From: an uncultured Rhodocyclaceae bacterium
Lineage (GTDB): Bacteria; Pseudomonadota; Gammaproteobacteria; Burkholderiales; Rhodocyclaceae
Reading direction: 5' to 3'
DNA: 64,000 bases
Assembly (NCBI GenBank): GCA_964487715.1
Contig: CAZASE010000011.1
Span: 313-64,312 of the forward strand
This document shows positions 50,457 through 63,264 of the stretch, piece after piece (the first letter of the stretch is position 1; the number at the start of each line of letters is the position of its first letter). The notes beneath the pieces are model-generated. The model made no database searches. It saw nothing but the letters and a program-made list of their open reading frames with translations, and was not told the origin of the DNA. The position numbers were made by a program, and so were the translations under genes.

Positions 50457-51526
50457 TTAGGCGTTGCGGTTCGGCAGGACGTCCTTGAGAACGTCGCGCG
50501 CCTTGCGGATCATGGTTTCGGTGGTGGACCAGTCGACGCAGGCGTCGGTGACCGAGCAGCCGTACTTCAGTTGCGAGAGGTCCTCGGGGATCGGCTGGTT
50601 GCCGCCTTCGAGGTTGCTTTCGATCATCAGGCCGACGATGGACTGGTTGCCCTCGCGGATCTGGTGCACGCAGTCGGACATCACCAGCGGTTGCAGGGCC
50701 GGGTCTTTCAGCGAGTTGGCGTGCGAGCAGTCGATGACGATGTTCGGCGCGATCTTCGCCTTGGCCAGGGCGCGCTCGACCATGCAGACGCTGACGGTGT
50801 CGAAGTTCGAGCGGCCGTCGCCGCCGCGCAGCACGACGTGGCCGTAGGCATTGCCCTGCGTGCGCACGATGGCCGAGCGTCCCTGCATGTTGATGCCGAG
50901 GAAGCTGTGCGGGCTGGCGGCCGACTTGATGGCGTTGATGGCGGGAACGATGTCGCCGTCGGTGGCGTTCTTGAAGCCGACCGGGGTGGACAGGCCGCTC
51001 GACATCTCGCGGTGGGTCTGCGATTCCGAGGTGCGCGCGCCGATGGCGGTCCAGGTGATGAGGTCGCCGAGGTACTGCGGCGCGATCGGGTCGAGCGCCT
51101 CGGTCGCCGTCGGCAGGCCGAGTTCGGTGACTTTCAGCAGGAAGGCGCGCGCCTTCTCCATGCCTTCCTCGATGTGGAAGGAGTCGTCCATGTAGGGATC
51201 GTTGATGAAGCCCTTCCAGCCGGTCGAGGTGCGCGGCTTCTCGAAATACACGCGCATGACCAGGTAGAGGGTGTCGCCCACCTCGTCGGCCAGCTTCTTC
51301 AGGCGCTGCGCATAGTCGTAGCCGGCGATGGGGTCGTGGATGGAGCAGGGGCCGACGACGATGAAAATGCGCGGGTCCTTTCGGTCGAGGATGGCCTTGA
51401 TGACCTCGCGGCTGGCGAAGACGGTGTCGGAGGCCTTCTCCGAGAGCGGCACGCGGGCATGAATTTCCTCGGGGGAGGGCATCAGGTCGAAGGCGCCGAT
51501 GCGGACGTTTTCCAGGGCTTGCTGTG

Positions 51527-51530
<4 letters not shown>
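50457..51530 (-). CDS. 3-deoxy-7-phosphoheptulonate (DAHP) synthase, class I
   Basis: GPCSIHD, RVYFEKPRT, IGARTSESQTHRE, DCSHANS, SVTDAC. Confidence 0.96.
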
Positions 51531-54984
<3,454 letters not shown>

Positions 54985-54988
<4 letters not shown>

Positions 54989-55110
54989 GGGACGACCTTC
55001 CCCCCGTCCCCCTTCCCGGGGAAGGGGGTGATGCGGCTTCGCGGGCTGCGCCCGCTCCATGCGGCTGACTGAGCCGCCCTTGGGGCGGCCCTGCGGGCGG
55101 CGGCGGTCAT
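54985..55110 (-). repeat. Family B palindromic element carrying a 41-codon mini-ORF coupled to the mfd start
   Basis: Shares both end blocks with 48433-48543; ATG 55110 open to TGA 54987-54985 overlapping the mfd ATG. Confidence 0.8.
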
Positions 55111-55158
55111 TCTGGAAGGATGGGACAGGCTTGCGGAAAGCTGCTTTTCAAAGAGCGA

Positions 55159-55164
55159 ATTATA
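55159..55164 (-). promoter_or_regulatory. -10 element for mfd
   Basis: Perfect TATAAT on the minus strand about 50 bp upstream of ATG 55110. Confidence 0.5.
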
Positions 55165-55205
55165 CCGGTCTGGACAGTCTTTCCGGGCGGCGCTAAGGTA
55201 GTCAC

Positions 55206-55844
55206 ATGATCTTCAGCAACCGCGAACAGGCGGCGCGACTTCTCGCCGACAGGCTCGCCAAATATCAAGGGCAGAATCCGCTCATCCTCGCCATCCCGCG
55301 CGGCGCCGTGCCGATGGCGAAGATCGTCGCCGAGGCGTTGGGCGGCGAGTTCGACGTGGTGCTGGTGCGCAAACTAGGCGCCCCCGGCAACCCGGAATTT
55401 GCCATCGGCGCCATCGACGAGACCGGCTGGGCGACCCTCGGTCCCTACGCCGCCATGGCCGGAGGCGACGATGCCTACATCGAGCGCATCAAGGCGCGCG
55501 AGTTGGAGACCATCCGCCGCCGCCGCGCCCAGTATTCGCCGCTGCATTCGCCCATCGATCCCAAGGACCGCGTCGTCATCGTCGTCGACGACGGCCTCGC
55601 CACCGGCTCGACCATGCTCGCCGCGCTGCATGCCCTGCGCCAGCGCGCGCCGCAGAAGCTGATCTGCGCCGTGCCGGTGGCACCGCCCGACACGCTGGAG
55701 AAAGTCGGGGAGCAGGCCGACGAGGTGGTGTGCCTGTATGCGCCGGAGAATTTCCAGGCTGTCGGGCAGTTCTACGCCGACTTCGGCCAGGTCGAGGATG
55801 AGGAGGTGATTGCCCTGCTGTCCGAACGGAGGAAACCATCATGA
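55206..55844 (+). CDS. Phosphoribosyltransferase family protein
   Basis: LAIPRGAVP, RKLGAPGNPEFAIGA, VVDDGLATGST PRPP loop, AVGQFY.DF.QV.D. Confidence 0.9.
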   Translation: MIFSNREQAARLLADRLAKYQGQNPLILAIPRGAVPMAKIVAEALGGEFDVVLVRKLGAPGNPEFAIGAIDETGWATLGPYAAMAGGDDAYIERIKARELETIRRRRAQYSPLHSPIDPKDRVVIVVDDGLATGSTMLAALHALRQRAPQKLICAVPVAPPDTLEKVGEQADEVVCLYAPENFQAVGQFYADFGQVEDEEVIALLSERRKPS

Positions 55845-56050
55845 CAATTCGCTCGATGCTGTTGGCCGTCACTGCCGCCAGCCTTACCGCTTGCGGTGTC
55901 TCGGAAACCGCCGCCGTCGCGGCGGCGGCCGGCGCCGCCAAGGCCAAGGAAGCCGAGCAGGCCAAGGCAATGCTCGATCAGGTGCAGGGCAAGCTGGATG
56001 AAGCCGCCAGGCAGGCGGAACAGAGGCGCGAGACCGCCGAAGCGCGCTGA
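55841..56050 (+). CDS. Small lipoprotein
   Basis: Lipobox LTAC; overlaps both neighbours (ATGA, TGATG); SD GGAGG. Confidence 0.7.
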   Translation: MTIRSMLLAVTAASLTACGVSETAAVAAAAGAAKAKEAEQAKAMLDQVQGKLDEAARQAEQRRETAEAR

Positions 56051-56597
56051 TGGCGGCGGCGCTCGCCTGGCTTCGCCGCGACCCACGGCGCGCTCGGGCA
56101 CGCCCTGGCCGCATCGAAGCGCGTCTTCTGCGCTTTCGCCTTCGACACCAAGATCCTCGATGCGCTCGAATCCCGCGCCGACCGGCGCGTGGATTTCATC
56201 TGGCATTCCGTGCGGGAATTGCGCGGGCGGCTGCGCGACGCCGAGGTCGCCGGGCGCCTGCGCGCGGCCGGCATCGGATTCACCGCCGTCAAGGATGCCG
56301 CGGTCTTCGCCAAGAGCGAACTGCTGACCCAGGCCGGGCGACCGTTCACGGTGTTTACGCCCTGCAGGAACGCCTGGCTGAAACGCGTCAGCGATGCCGG
56401 TCTGGCGCCGCGCCTCGCGCACGAACAGCTCGCGGCCATCTCGCGCCCCCGCCGATGCAGGCGCGCAGGAGGCCATCGATGATTTCCTCGCGCGCATCGA
56501 CGCCTATGCTGAGGCGCGCGACTACCCGGCGCCCGTCGTCGACCACGCTGTCCAGCGCGAGCGCGCCCTGGCCCGCTACAGGAATGCCCGTCCATGA
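56050..56597 (+). pseudogene. phrB: Deoxyribodipyrimidine photolyase remnant with frameshifts and large internal deletions
   Basis: Ordered fragments ALAWLRRD; VFCAFAFD..ILD..ADRRVDFIW; LLTQAGRPFTVFTP..NAWL; FL.RID.Y..ARDYPA joined to PVVDHAVQRERALARY. Confidence 0.85.
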
Positions 56598-57016
56598 AAC
56601 GAAGTTCAGAGAAGGCTAGCGCCTGCGTCAGCAGGCATTGTGTCCGAACCAAAACCCGCCTCGCCGACGTTGTGCCCTACATCACCAAGGATGGTTCCGA
56701 GATCCGCGAGCTGATGCATCCGGACCAGCATGGCAACCGCCGGCAGAGCCTGGCCGAAGCCGTCGTGCCGGCCGGCACGCGCACGCGGCTGCACCGCCAC
56801 CGCGAGACCGAGGAGCTGTACCACATCACTTCAGGTGAAGGACTGCTGACGCTGGGCGAGGAACGGATGGAAGTCGGTCCCGGCGACACGGTGCTGATCC
56901 CGCCCGGCACGCCGCACTGCATCGAGGCCATCGGGCCCGCAGCCCTGCACATCCTCTGCTGCTGCAGCCCGGCCTACCGGCACGAGGATACGGAGCTGGC
57001 TGATGCACCGCCCTGA
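56594..57016 (+). CDS. Cupin domain protein
   Basis: YITKDGSEIRELMHP, LHRH..TEELYH, IPPGTPH, CCCSPAY. Confidence 0.88.
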   Translation: MKRSSEKASACVSRHCVRTKTRLADVVPYITKDGSEIRELMHPDQHGNRRQSLAEAVVPAGTRTRLHRHRETEELYHITSGEGLLTLGEERMEVGPGDTVLIPPGTPHCIEAIGPAALHILCCCSPAYRHEDTELADAPP

Positions 57017-57034
57017 GCGGCGCGGATGTGCATC

Positions 57035-57066
57035 GCGGCGCGCGGTTTTGCGCGCCGCCGCTCTTT
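57035..57066. terminator. Hairpin between convergent cupin and dodecin genes
   Basis: GCGGCGCGC-ggtttt-GCGCGCCGC 9-bp stem with a weak U-tract. Confidence 0.45.
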
Positions 57067-57067
57067 G

Positions 57068-57301
57068 TCAGGCCTCGTACTTGAACGACATCGACACGCG
57101 CGCGCGGTAGGCGACCACCTTGCCGTTGTCGATTTTCATGTCGAGCTTGGTGACTTCGGCCACGCGCAAGTCGCGCAGCGTCTTGGCGGCCGCATCGACG
57201 GCGGCGCGCGCCGCATCCTCAAACGAACTCGGACTCGACCCGACCACCTCGACGATCTTGTAGACAGCTTCGGCGGATTTCCTTGACGATTTCTTTGCCA
57301 T
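57068..57301 (-). CDS. Dodecin family protein
   Basis: VYKIVEVVGSS..SFEDA, TLRDLR, YRARV..SFK; SD GGAGG. Confidence 0.9.
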   Translation of the reverse strand: MAKKSSRKSAEAVYKIVEVVGSSPSSFEDAARAAVDAAAKTLRDLRVAEVTKLDMKIDNGKVVAYRARVSMSFKYEA

Positions 57302-57533
57302 GACATGCCTCCTGGATTGGTTTGAGCTGCTGTGATCCTGCAACGGTGGGATCGACTCGGATCATAGCCCTTTTGCGTAAAGCCGGCAGCAAGCGCCTGC
57401 GCCACCACGCCCGCTGCCGGCCGCCAGGCGTCACCGCCGACGGCGGCAAGATGGCCTGAGAACAAGGCAGGGCGCCACTTTCCGGCCATCGGCCGGGTGT
57501 CGGCGGCCGGCCGCACGGCGCGACCGGTTGCCC

Positions 57534-57878
57534 TCAGACCTTCTTCAGGTAGCAGGCCTTCAGCATGAAGCTGCCGGCATCCATGCGGCAGTCCACCTCG
57601 TGGTCGCCGCTGCCGACCAGGCGGATGCTCTTCACCTTCGTGCCCATCTTCAGCGTGATGGACGAGCCCTTCACCTTCAGGTCCTTGATCAGCACCACCG
57701 CATCGCCGTCGGCCAGCACCTTGCCGTTGGCGTCCCGCACCGCCGCGCCGGCGCCGTCAGCGGCCTTCGCCGCCTCGGCCATCGGCCACTCGTGGCCGCA
57801 GTCGGCGCAGACATAATTGGCGCCGTCCGGGTAGACGTTTTCCAGGGCGCATTGGGGGCAGGGCGGGGTGGCGGACAT
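57534..57878 (-). CDS. Zinc-ribbon protein, YjdM/PhnA family
   Basis: CPQC..CADCGHEW, DANG..LADGD.V.LIKDLKVKG. Confidence 0.92.
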   Translation of the reverse strand: MSATPPCPQCALENVYPDGANYVCADCGHEWPMAEAAKAADGAGAAVRDANGKVLADGDAVVLIKDLKVKGSSITLKMGTKVKSIRLVGSGDHEVDCRMDAGSFMLKACYLKKV

Positions 57879-58031
57879 GATTGTGCTCTAGACGGGATCG
57901 TTGGGAGCGCAACGGTAACCGCAACGCCCCGGGATCGGCAACCTCTCAGGAAAAGTCAGCCTGCGCAAGACGGCGATGAATTCGGGGAGAAAGGTGTTCG
58001 CCAGGGAGGAAGCATTGCCGACTTGCCTGAA

Positions 58032-58059
58032 TGAACGTCTCTAAGTCGGCCAAAGCGGA
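58032..58059 (+). repeat. Left arm of a 28-bp inverted repeat flanking the low-GC gene
   Basis: TGAACGTCTCTAAGTCGGCCAAAGCGGA; 24/28 identical to the reverse complement of 59508-59535. Confidence 0.75.
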
Positions 58060-58169
58060 AGTTCAATAGGTCAAGGGACAACTACCGGTACCAACCCAAG
58101 CGATCACACGGGGTAAAGTAATGCGGACGCTTTTCATTCGAATTCCAGGAGAGGGAGTTCGATGGCATG

Positions 58170-59357
58170 TCAATTCCCTTGTACAAACGGGAGAAGTCTT
58201 CCAGACACAAAATGATTCGGGCGCCATCCGGATAGAAGTTTTTCTACCAGGAAATTGTCTATGAATCCTGACACAAAACCCACAGCCGGGTTCGTTGCGT
58301 CTATAGCAAGAGTCAAGACGTAGCGAATACTCTTCGCCGGAAGTCGCTGAATCCATCCATCGGATGATATATCTCGCATATAGGTCCTGACTAAGTTCTC
58401 GTCAGGATTAACGGTTTTGAGCCAATCCTTGAATCTTCCTGCACGATCAAGCAGAACAAGAAATTCGTCGATTGAGCGTTCTCCCGAGTCGATTACCTCC
58501 GCAAGACACGGAGTGTCAGGAAGAGCGACCTCAGTAAAGTGACGTCGCGAGTCGAGGTTAAGATTTGATCGTCGTAGCAACTCGGCATGCCGTGCCTGGA
58601 TGATTGATGACGTAACGGCCGAGGTAACAAAGTCACCACTATAGAACGACGCCAAGGCTAGGTCAGCTCTCGCTTCCAAGAAACTGCCCAATAGGTGCGC
58701 AATAGTAAGTGGCTCAATCGGTGGGTTGCCTTCGGAGCGCCTTCGGTTGATAGAGTTAAGATCGATATTCGTGAAGACATAAAATCCAGAATCGGTATCG
58801 ATGATCTCCAAGTGCAAGTCATCACCGACTATGTACCCTCCCTCTGTTGCAGCTACTGCATGACGAATCGCCTGTTTTGCGTATTCAATATCCAATATAT
58901 CGCGTTTCGCTGCTGATGTGATGCCGCCCTGAAGATAGTGATTGCCCGAGAACTTGCGTACTGGTACCCGGGCGAAAAATAGCTTGGCAAATCGCTTTGC
59001 TTCTTGCTTTGAAATACCTTGGCGCCCAAGCTCATATTGGAGCCGCTCTTCAGGAGTTTTGAGATTGCCAACATCTTTGTGACCAGCCAGCGTAAATGCA
59101 ATGCAGTTATGGCGTTGTGAGACTCCAACAGAGTCCGTTTGGATGCCCAGCATCTCCTCGCAATAAACCGCCGATACCTCCGCGCGATTCAACAAGGTCA
59201 AGACCCGGTCGGTTCCAACCTGTCTAATAAGTTGAAATAGAGTCCCTCGGTCAATGAAGATATGAAGCCTTTGGTAATAGAGCAAGGATTCGGCGATCTG
59301 TCCGACGGAGATCGGATGGCCTCGTTCTGCTCGGCGAAGGACAATGTGTTCAAACAT
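58170..59357 (-). CDS. Hypothetical protein, low GC
   Basis: About 395-codon ORF in AT-richer DNA where other frames are closed; no motif recognised; start could be 59396. Confidence 0.8.
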   Translation of the reverse strand: MFEHIVLRRAERGHPISVGQIAESLLYYQRLHIFIDRGTLFQLIRQVGTDRVLTLLNRAEVSAVYCEEMLGIQTDSVGVSQRHNCIAFTLAGHKDVGNLKTPEERLQYELGRQGISKQEAKRFAKLFFARVPVRKFSGNHYLQGGITSAAKRDILDIEYAKQAIRHAVAATEGGYIVGDDLHLEIIDTDSGFYVFTNIDLNSINRRRSEGNPPIEPLTIAHLLGSFLEARADLALASFYSGDFVTSAVTSSIIQARHAELLRRSNLNLDSRRHFTEVALPDTPCLAEVIDSGERSIDEFLVLLDRAGRFKDWLKTVNPDENLVRTYMRDISSDGWIQRLPAKSIRYVLTLAIDATNPAVGFVSGFIDNFLVEKLLSGWRPNHFVSGRLLPFVQGN

Positions 59358-59507
59358 GAAGGAAGAATCGGGGAGGGATTTGTGGACTGACCACAATCAT
59401 TCATTGCGGATAGCATACCCCGGCTTCAGTCGGTTGTCCGCATCTGGACGGACTCGATAAGGTCTGCTTCTAGCCGAGAGCGGGCCTCGAGTGCTTTTCT
59501 CAGGAAG

Positions 59508-59535
59508 TCCGCTTCGGCCGATCCAGAGACGTTCA
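59508..59535 (-). repeat. Right arm of the 28-bp inverted repeat
   Basis: Reverse complement TGAACGTCTCTGGATCGGCCGAAGCGGA. Confidence 0.75.
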
Positions 59536-59604
59536 GTTGATCTGCCGATTTGCCGCACCGGGTCGGCAGAGCAAGCTGACCCATCGGCGCGCCCTGAATC
59601 GTCC

Positions 59605-59907
59605 TCACTCGTCCATGCGTTTCGTCGACGGGCTCGACGCATTGGCGGCGGGCTCCATTGTCCTGGGCTGCCTGGCCACTGGCCTGTCGGGTCTGAGCGG
59701 GGGAGTGTTCGTAAAGATGCGTGGCCGGCTGACGATCACGGCCTGGCCGGTGCCGACGCCCGCGTCGGCGGGCGGCTCCATCCCGCAGGCTTCGTACATC
59801 AGGTGCTTCATCTTCTTGATGGCCTCGGGCGAACGGGACTCGTTCTCGTAGTTCCGCCGCGCGTCACGGCATTCCTGGCTGGCGCTTTTCTCGGCGCGCA
59901 GGCTCAC
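59605..59907 (-). CDS. Hypothetical 100-aa ORF, possibly a 5'-truncated gene
   Basis: GTG overlaps the hydrolase stop (GTGA); ECRDARRNYENE..MYEACG segment with GC3-rich codons. Confidence 0.4.
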   Translation of the reverse strand: MSLRAEKSASQECRDARRNYENESRSPEAIKKMKHLMYEACGMEPPADAGVGTGQAVIVSRPRIFTNTPPLRPDRPVARQPRTMEPAANASSPSTKRMDE

Positions 59908-60539
59908 GCTTTTGCCGGCCGGAAATGCGAGGCAAACCACCTCGCTGCATGCTCCGCCGCCGACTCCAGTGTGCCCGGCTCTTCGAAAAGATGCGTCGCG
60001 CCGGGGACGATCTCCAGTTTCTTCTCGCAGCGCAGCAGATCGAAAGCCTGCCGGTTGAGCTCGATCACGCCGTCGTCCCATCCGCCGACGATGAGCAGGG
60101 TGGGGGCGCGGACCAAAGTCAGTGCCTGCGGGCCGGCGAGGTCTGGGCGGCCGCCGCGCGAGACCACGGCGGCGATGCCCGGATGTTTCGCCGCCGCCTG
60201 CAGGGCTGCGGCGGCGCCGGTACTGGCGCCGAAGCAGCCGATCTTCGTGCCTTTCGTTTCTGCATTGCCTTCCAGCCAGGCGAGGGCGGCGAGCAGGCGT
60301 TCGGTGAGGAGGCCGATGTCGAAGCGCGTGGCATAGGTCTGGTCTTCTTGCGGAGTGAGCAGGTCGAAGAGCAGGGTGGCGATGTTGTGTTCGTGCAGGA
60401 CTTCGGCGACGTAGCGGTTGCGCGGGCTGTGGCGGCTGCTGCCGCTGCCGTGGGCGAAGGCGACGATGCCGGCGGCGCCCTCGGGAATCGTCGCCGTGCC
60501 AGGGAGACTGACTTTTGCGGCGGGGATGAGGACTTCCAT
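59904..60539 (-). CDS. Dienelactone hydrolase-like alpha/beta hydrolase
   Basis: FAHGSGSSRHSPRN, FGASTG, SRGGRPDLA, VPGATHLFEEPG. Confidence 0.9.
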   Translation of the reverse strand: MEVLIPAAKVSLPGTATIPEGAAGIVAFAHGSGSSRHSPRNRYVAEVLHEHNIATLLFDLLTPQEDQTYATRFDIGLLTERLLAALAWLEGNAETKGTKIGCFGASTGAAAALQAAAKHPGIAAVVSRGGRPDLAGPQALTLVRAPTLLIVGGWDDGVIELNRQAFDLLRCEKKLEIVPGATHLFEEPGTLESAAEHAARWFASHFRPAKA

Positions 60540-61618
60540 CAGGCGCCCATGCGCACGCGCACGGGGATGCGGCGGCGGCCGAACTGGCCTTCATACTTGC
60601 CGAAGCGGCCGGCGACGGGCGTGCCGCAGTGCTGGCAGTGGCCTTCCTCGGTGAGGTCGTAGGCGAGGATCTGGTGCCAGTCGCGCACGATGACGCCCTT
60701 GCCGCAGCCGGGGCAGAAGGTGGTGCCCCCTTCGGTGTCGTGCACGTTGCCGGTGTAGACGTAGCGGAGGCCGGCGTCGAGCGCGATCCGGCGCGCCCGG
60801 TGCAGCGTGGCGGCGGGCGTCGGCGGCAGATCGTCGAGCTTGTAGTCGGGGTGGAAGGCGGTGAAGTGGATAGGCACGTCGCGGCCGAGTTCCCTGACGA
60901 TCCACTGGCTCATAGCCTCGATCTCGGAGGGGGAGTCGTTCTTGCCGGGGATGAGCAGGGTGGTGATCTCGAACCAGCAGCCGGTCTCGTGTTTCAGGTA
61001 GGCCAGTGTGTCCAGCACGGGTTGCAGGTGGCCGCCGGTGAGCTTGTAATAGAAATCATCGCTGAAGGCCTTCAGGTCGACGTTGGCGGCGTCCATTTTC
61101 GCGAAGAACTCGCGCCGCGCCGCCTCGCCGATGTAGCCGGCAGTGACGGCGACGGTCTGCACGCCGCGCTCATGGCAGGCGTCGGCGACGTCCATGGCGT
61201 ACTCGGCGAAAATCACCGGGTCGTTGTAGGTGAAGGCGACGCTCTTGCAGCCCTGTTCGGCGGCGACGCGGGCGATCTCCTCGGGCGAGGCCTGGTCCAT
61301 CAGGCGGTCCATGTCCTGCGACTTGGAGATGTCCCAGTTCTGGCAGAACTTGCAGGCGAGGTTGCAGCCGGCGGTGCCGAAGGAAAACACGCTGCTGCCG
61401 GGGTGGAAATGGTTGAGCGGCTTCTTCTCGATCGGGTCGATACAGAAGCCGGAACTGCGCCCGTAGGTGGTGAGCACCATGCCGTCGGCCACGCGCTGGC
61501 GCACGAAGCAGGCGCCGCGCTGGCCGTCGCGCAGCTTGCAATCGCGCGGGCAGAGGTCGCACTGGATACGGCCGTCGTCGAGCAGGTGCCACCAGCGGCC
61601 GGGATAGAACTCGCTCAT
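60539..61618 (-). CDS. amrS: AmmeMemoRadiSam system radical SAM enzyme
   Basis: CDLCPRDC, DPIEKKPL, CNLACKFCQNWDIS, YVYTGNV. Confidence 0.93.
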   Translation of the reverse strand: MSEFYPGRWWHLLDDGRIQCDLCPRDCKLRDGQRGACFVRQRVADGMVLTTYGRSSGFCIDPIEKKPLNHFHPGSSVFSFGTAGCNLACKFCQNWDISKSQDMDRLMDQASPEEIARVAAEQGCKSVAFTYNDPVIFAEYAMDVADACHERGVQTVAVTAGYIGEAARREFFAKMDAANVDLKAFSDDFYYKLTGGHLQPVLDTLAYLKHETGCWFEITTLLIPGKNDSPSEIEAMSQWIVRELGRDVPIHFTAFHPDYKLDDLPPTPAATLHRARRIALDAGLRYVYTGNVHDTEGGTTFCPGCGKGVIVRDWHQILAYDLTEEGHCQHCGTPVAGRFGKYEGQFGRRRIPVRVRMGA

Positions 61619-61707
61619 TCTCGTCGTCCTCGCGCAAGCGGGGACCCATCGGCGCTGATCGAAAAGTCCTGGATTCCCGCTTTCGCGGGAATGACGAGGG
61701 GGCTCAT
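61615..61707 (-). repeat. Family A palindromic repeat carrying a 30-codon ATGA-to-ATGA mini-ORF (MSPLVIPAKAGIQ...)
   Basis: Repeat 61622-61696; 7-bp direct repeat GCTCATT at 61613-61619 and 61702-61708; the ORF overlaps the amrA stop and the amrS start. Confidence 0.85.
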
Positions 61708-62255
61708 TGGTTCTCTTTCCACTTCGTCACTTCGTAGCGCGAGATGCTCACCGTCTCGTGCCAGAAATTCGGCGGCAGGCCGGCCTTGCGCTTGAGCTGC
61801 TGCATGAACTGCTCCGGCTCGGGCAGGCTCTCCCACACCTGCGGCAGGAAGGTGCTGCGGTGGCGGCCGAACTGGAAGACGATGCCGTCGACGCCCGGGC
61901 GGATCTGGGCCATGAAGTCGGCCTCGTCGCGGAAACTCATGGTCATGGCAGGCGTCAGCAGCGAGACTTCGACCGAGGTGAAGGCGAATTCCTCGACGGC
62001 GAGCGGCTCGAAGCGCGGATCGCGGAAGGCGGCGGCGAGGGCGTTTTCGCGCACGTCGTCGAACAGGGTGCGGTGCGCTTCGAGCGAGCCGATGCAGCCG
62101 CGCAGATCGCCCTCCTGGGTGAGGGTGACGAAGGTGGCGCCCGGCTCGTGCAGCCGCGCGTGGCTCGCGGCGTCCGTGCCCGGTTTGCCGAGCTTCTCGC
62201 CGATGGCGGTGCGCGCCAGGCGCAGCAGGACGACGCCGAGTTCAGTGTCCGGCAT
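61704..62255 (-). CDS. amrA: AmmeMemoRadiSam system protein A (AMMECR1 family)
   Basis: ATFVTL..LRGCIG, AAFRDPRF, EVSLL, TFLPQVW, LKRKAG. Confidence 0.93.
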   Translation of the reverse strand: MPDTELGVVLLRLARTAIGEKLGKPGTDAASHARLHEPGATFVTLTQEGDLRGCIGSLEAHRTLFDDVRENALAAAFRDPRFEPLAVEEFAFTSVEVSLLTPAMTMSFRDEADFMAQIRPGVDGIVFQFGRHRSTFLPQVWESLPEPEQFMQQLKRKAGLPPNFWHETVSISRYEVTKWKENQ

Positions 62256-63060
62256 GCGACGTTCCTTCGCGCAGGGCGAACGCGGCATAGCCGACGACGC
62301 GCGAGCGGTCGCCGGCGGTATCGCCGGAGTTGCACCGGTCCAGCAGGTCGATGGTGAGGCCGCGCCGCCTTGCGCTAAGCAGGAGGCCATTGATCGGCGT
62401 CGCGCCGCAGGCCTGCTCGTGCTCGATGGACGGCTCGAAGGCGAGGATCGCGCCGACCGTGCCCTGGTCGATGCCCTGCGCCGCGGCGTAGGCGTGGAAA
62501 TGCGACAGGTCGGAGCTGATGACGATCAGCGTTTCCGGGCCGCCCCAGAACAGATCGAGGACCTCGGCCACCTGGGCAGGGGAGGCTGCGCCGACGGCGA
62601 AGGGCAGCAGGGTGAAGTCGTCGAGCACGCTCTGCAGGAAGGGCAGCTGCACCTCGAGGGAATGCTCGAGATTGTGCGCCACGTCGCTGGCGGAGACTTG
62701 CGGCAGCCCGAGCGCGGCGCGAGCGCCGTCGGCATCGATGCGCACGCAGCCCAGCGGTGTGGCGAAAGCCCTGGCCGCCGGCAAGGCAAGCCCGCGCAAC
62801 GGCACGCGATGTGCGGGTCCGAATAGGACGATGCGGCGTACCGTCGCGCGTGCCGGCGCCAGCAGGGCATAAGCTCGTGCGGCGACGGCGCCCGAATAGA
62901 TATAGCCGGCGTGCGGGACGATCAGCGCTTTCGGTGGCGACGCGTCGGCAACGGCGGCAGCCGCCAGATAGCTGCGCACGTCGCGTGCGAGGACGAGCGG
63001 ATCGGCCGGGTAGAAGGCACCGGCGACGGCAGGCGGACGGATGTCGAGGAACTGGTTCAT
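62242..63060 (-). CDS. amrB: AmmeMemoRadiSam system protein B (MEMO1 family)
   Basis: RPPAVAGAFYP, PHAGYIYSG, EHSLEVQLPFL, SSDLSH, NSGD..VVGY. Confidence 0.93.
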   Translation of the reverse strand: MNQFLDIRPPAVAGAFYPADPLVLARDVRSYLAAAAVADASPPKALIVPHAGYIYSGAVAARAYALLAPARATVRRIVLFGPAHRVPLRGLALPAARAFATPLGCVRIDADGARAALGLPQVSASDVAHNLEHSLEVQLPFLQSVLDDFTLLPFAVGAASPAQVAEVLDLFWGGPETLIVISSDLSHFHAYAAAQGIDQGTVGAILAFEPSIEHEQACGATPINGLLLSARRRGLTIDLLDRCNSGDTAGDRSRVVGYAAFALREGTSHAGH

Positions 63061-63264
63061 CGCAAACGCAGGTATGGCAGGAGCCGTGGGAATCAAGGCC
63101 CCTGTCGAATTATAGGTAGATGGATCGAGATCGTTGACGCATTGTGGTGCAACGCAACAGCGACTCGCTCCCGGCTTGAGAAATTGTGTTTTACTATACG
63201 AAAAGCGCGTGCAACACCCGGCGACATATAAGGAAAACTTTGGGTATTCATATGTAAGACTTAG

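Noticed and set aside
54989-55060. N-terminal extension of Mfd in the ORF track
   Set aside because: It is translated family B repeat; the same [13 protein letters not shown] peptide appears in the antisense ORF 48085-48495
57302-57533. GC-rich spacer upstream of dodecin as a gene remnant
   Set aside because: No recognisable protein or RNA motif in any frame
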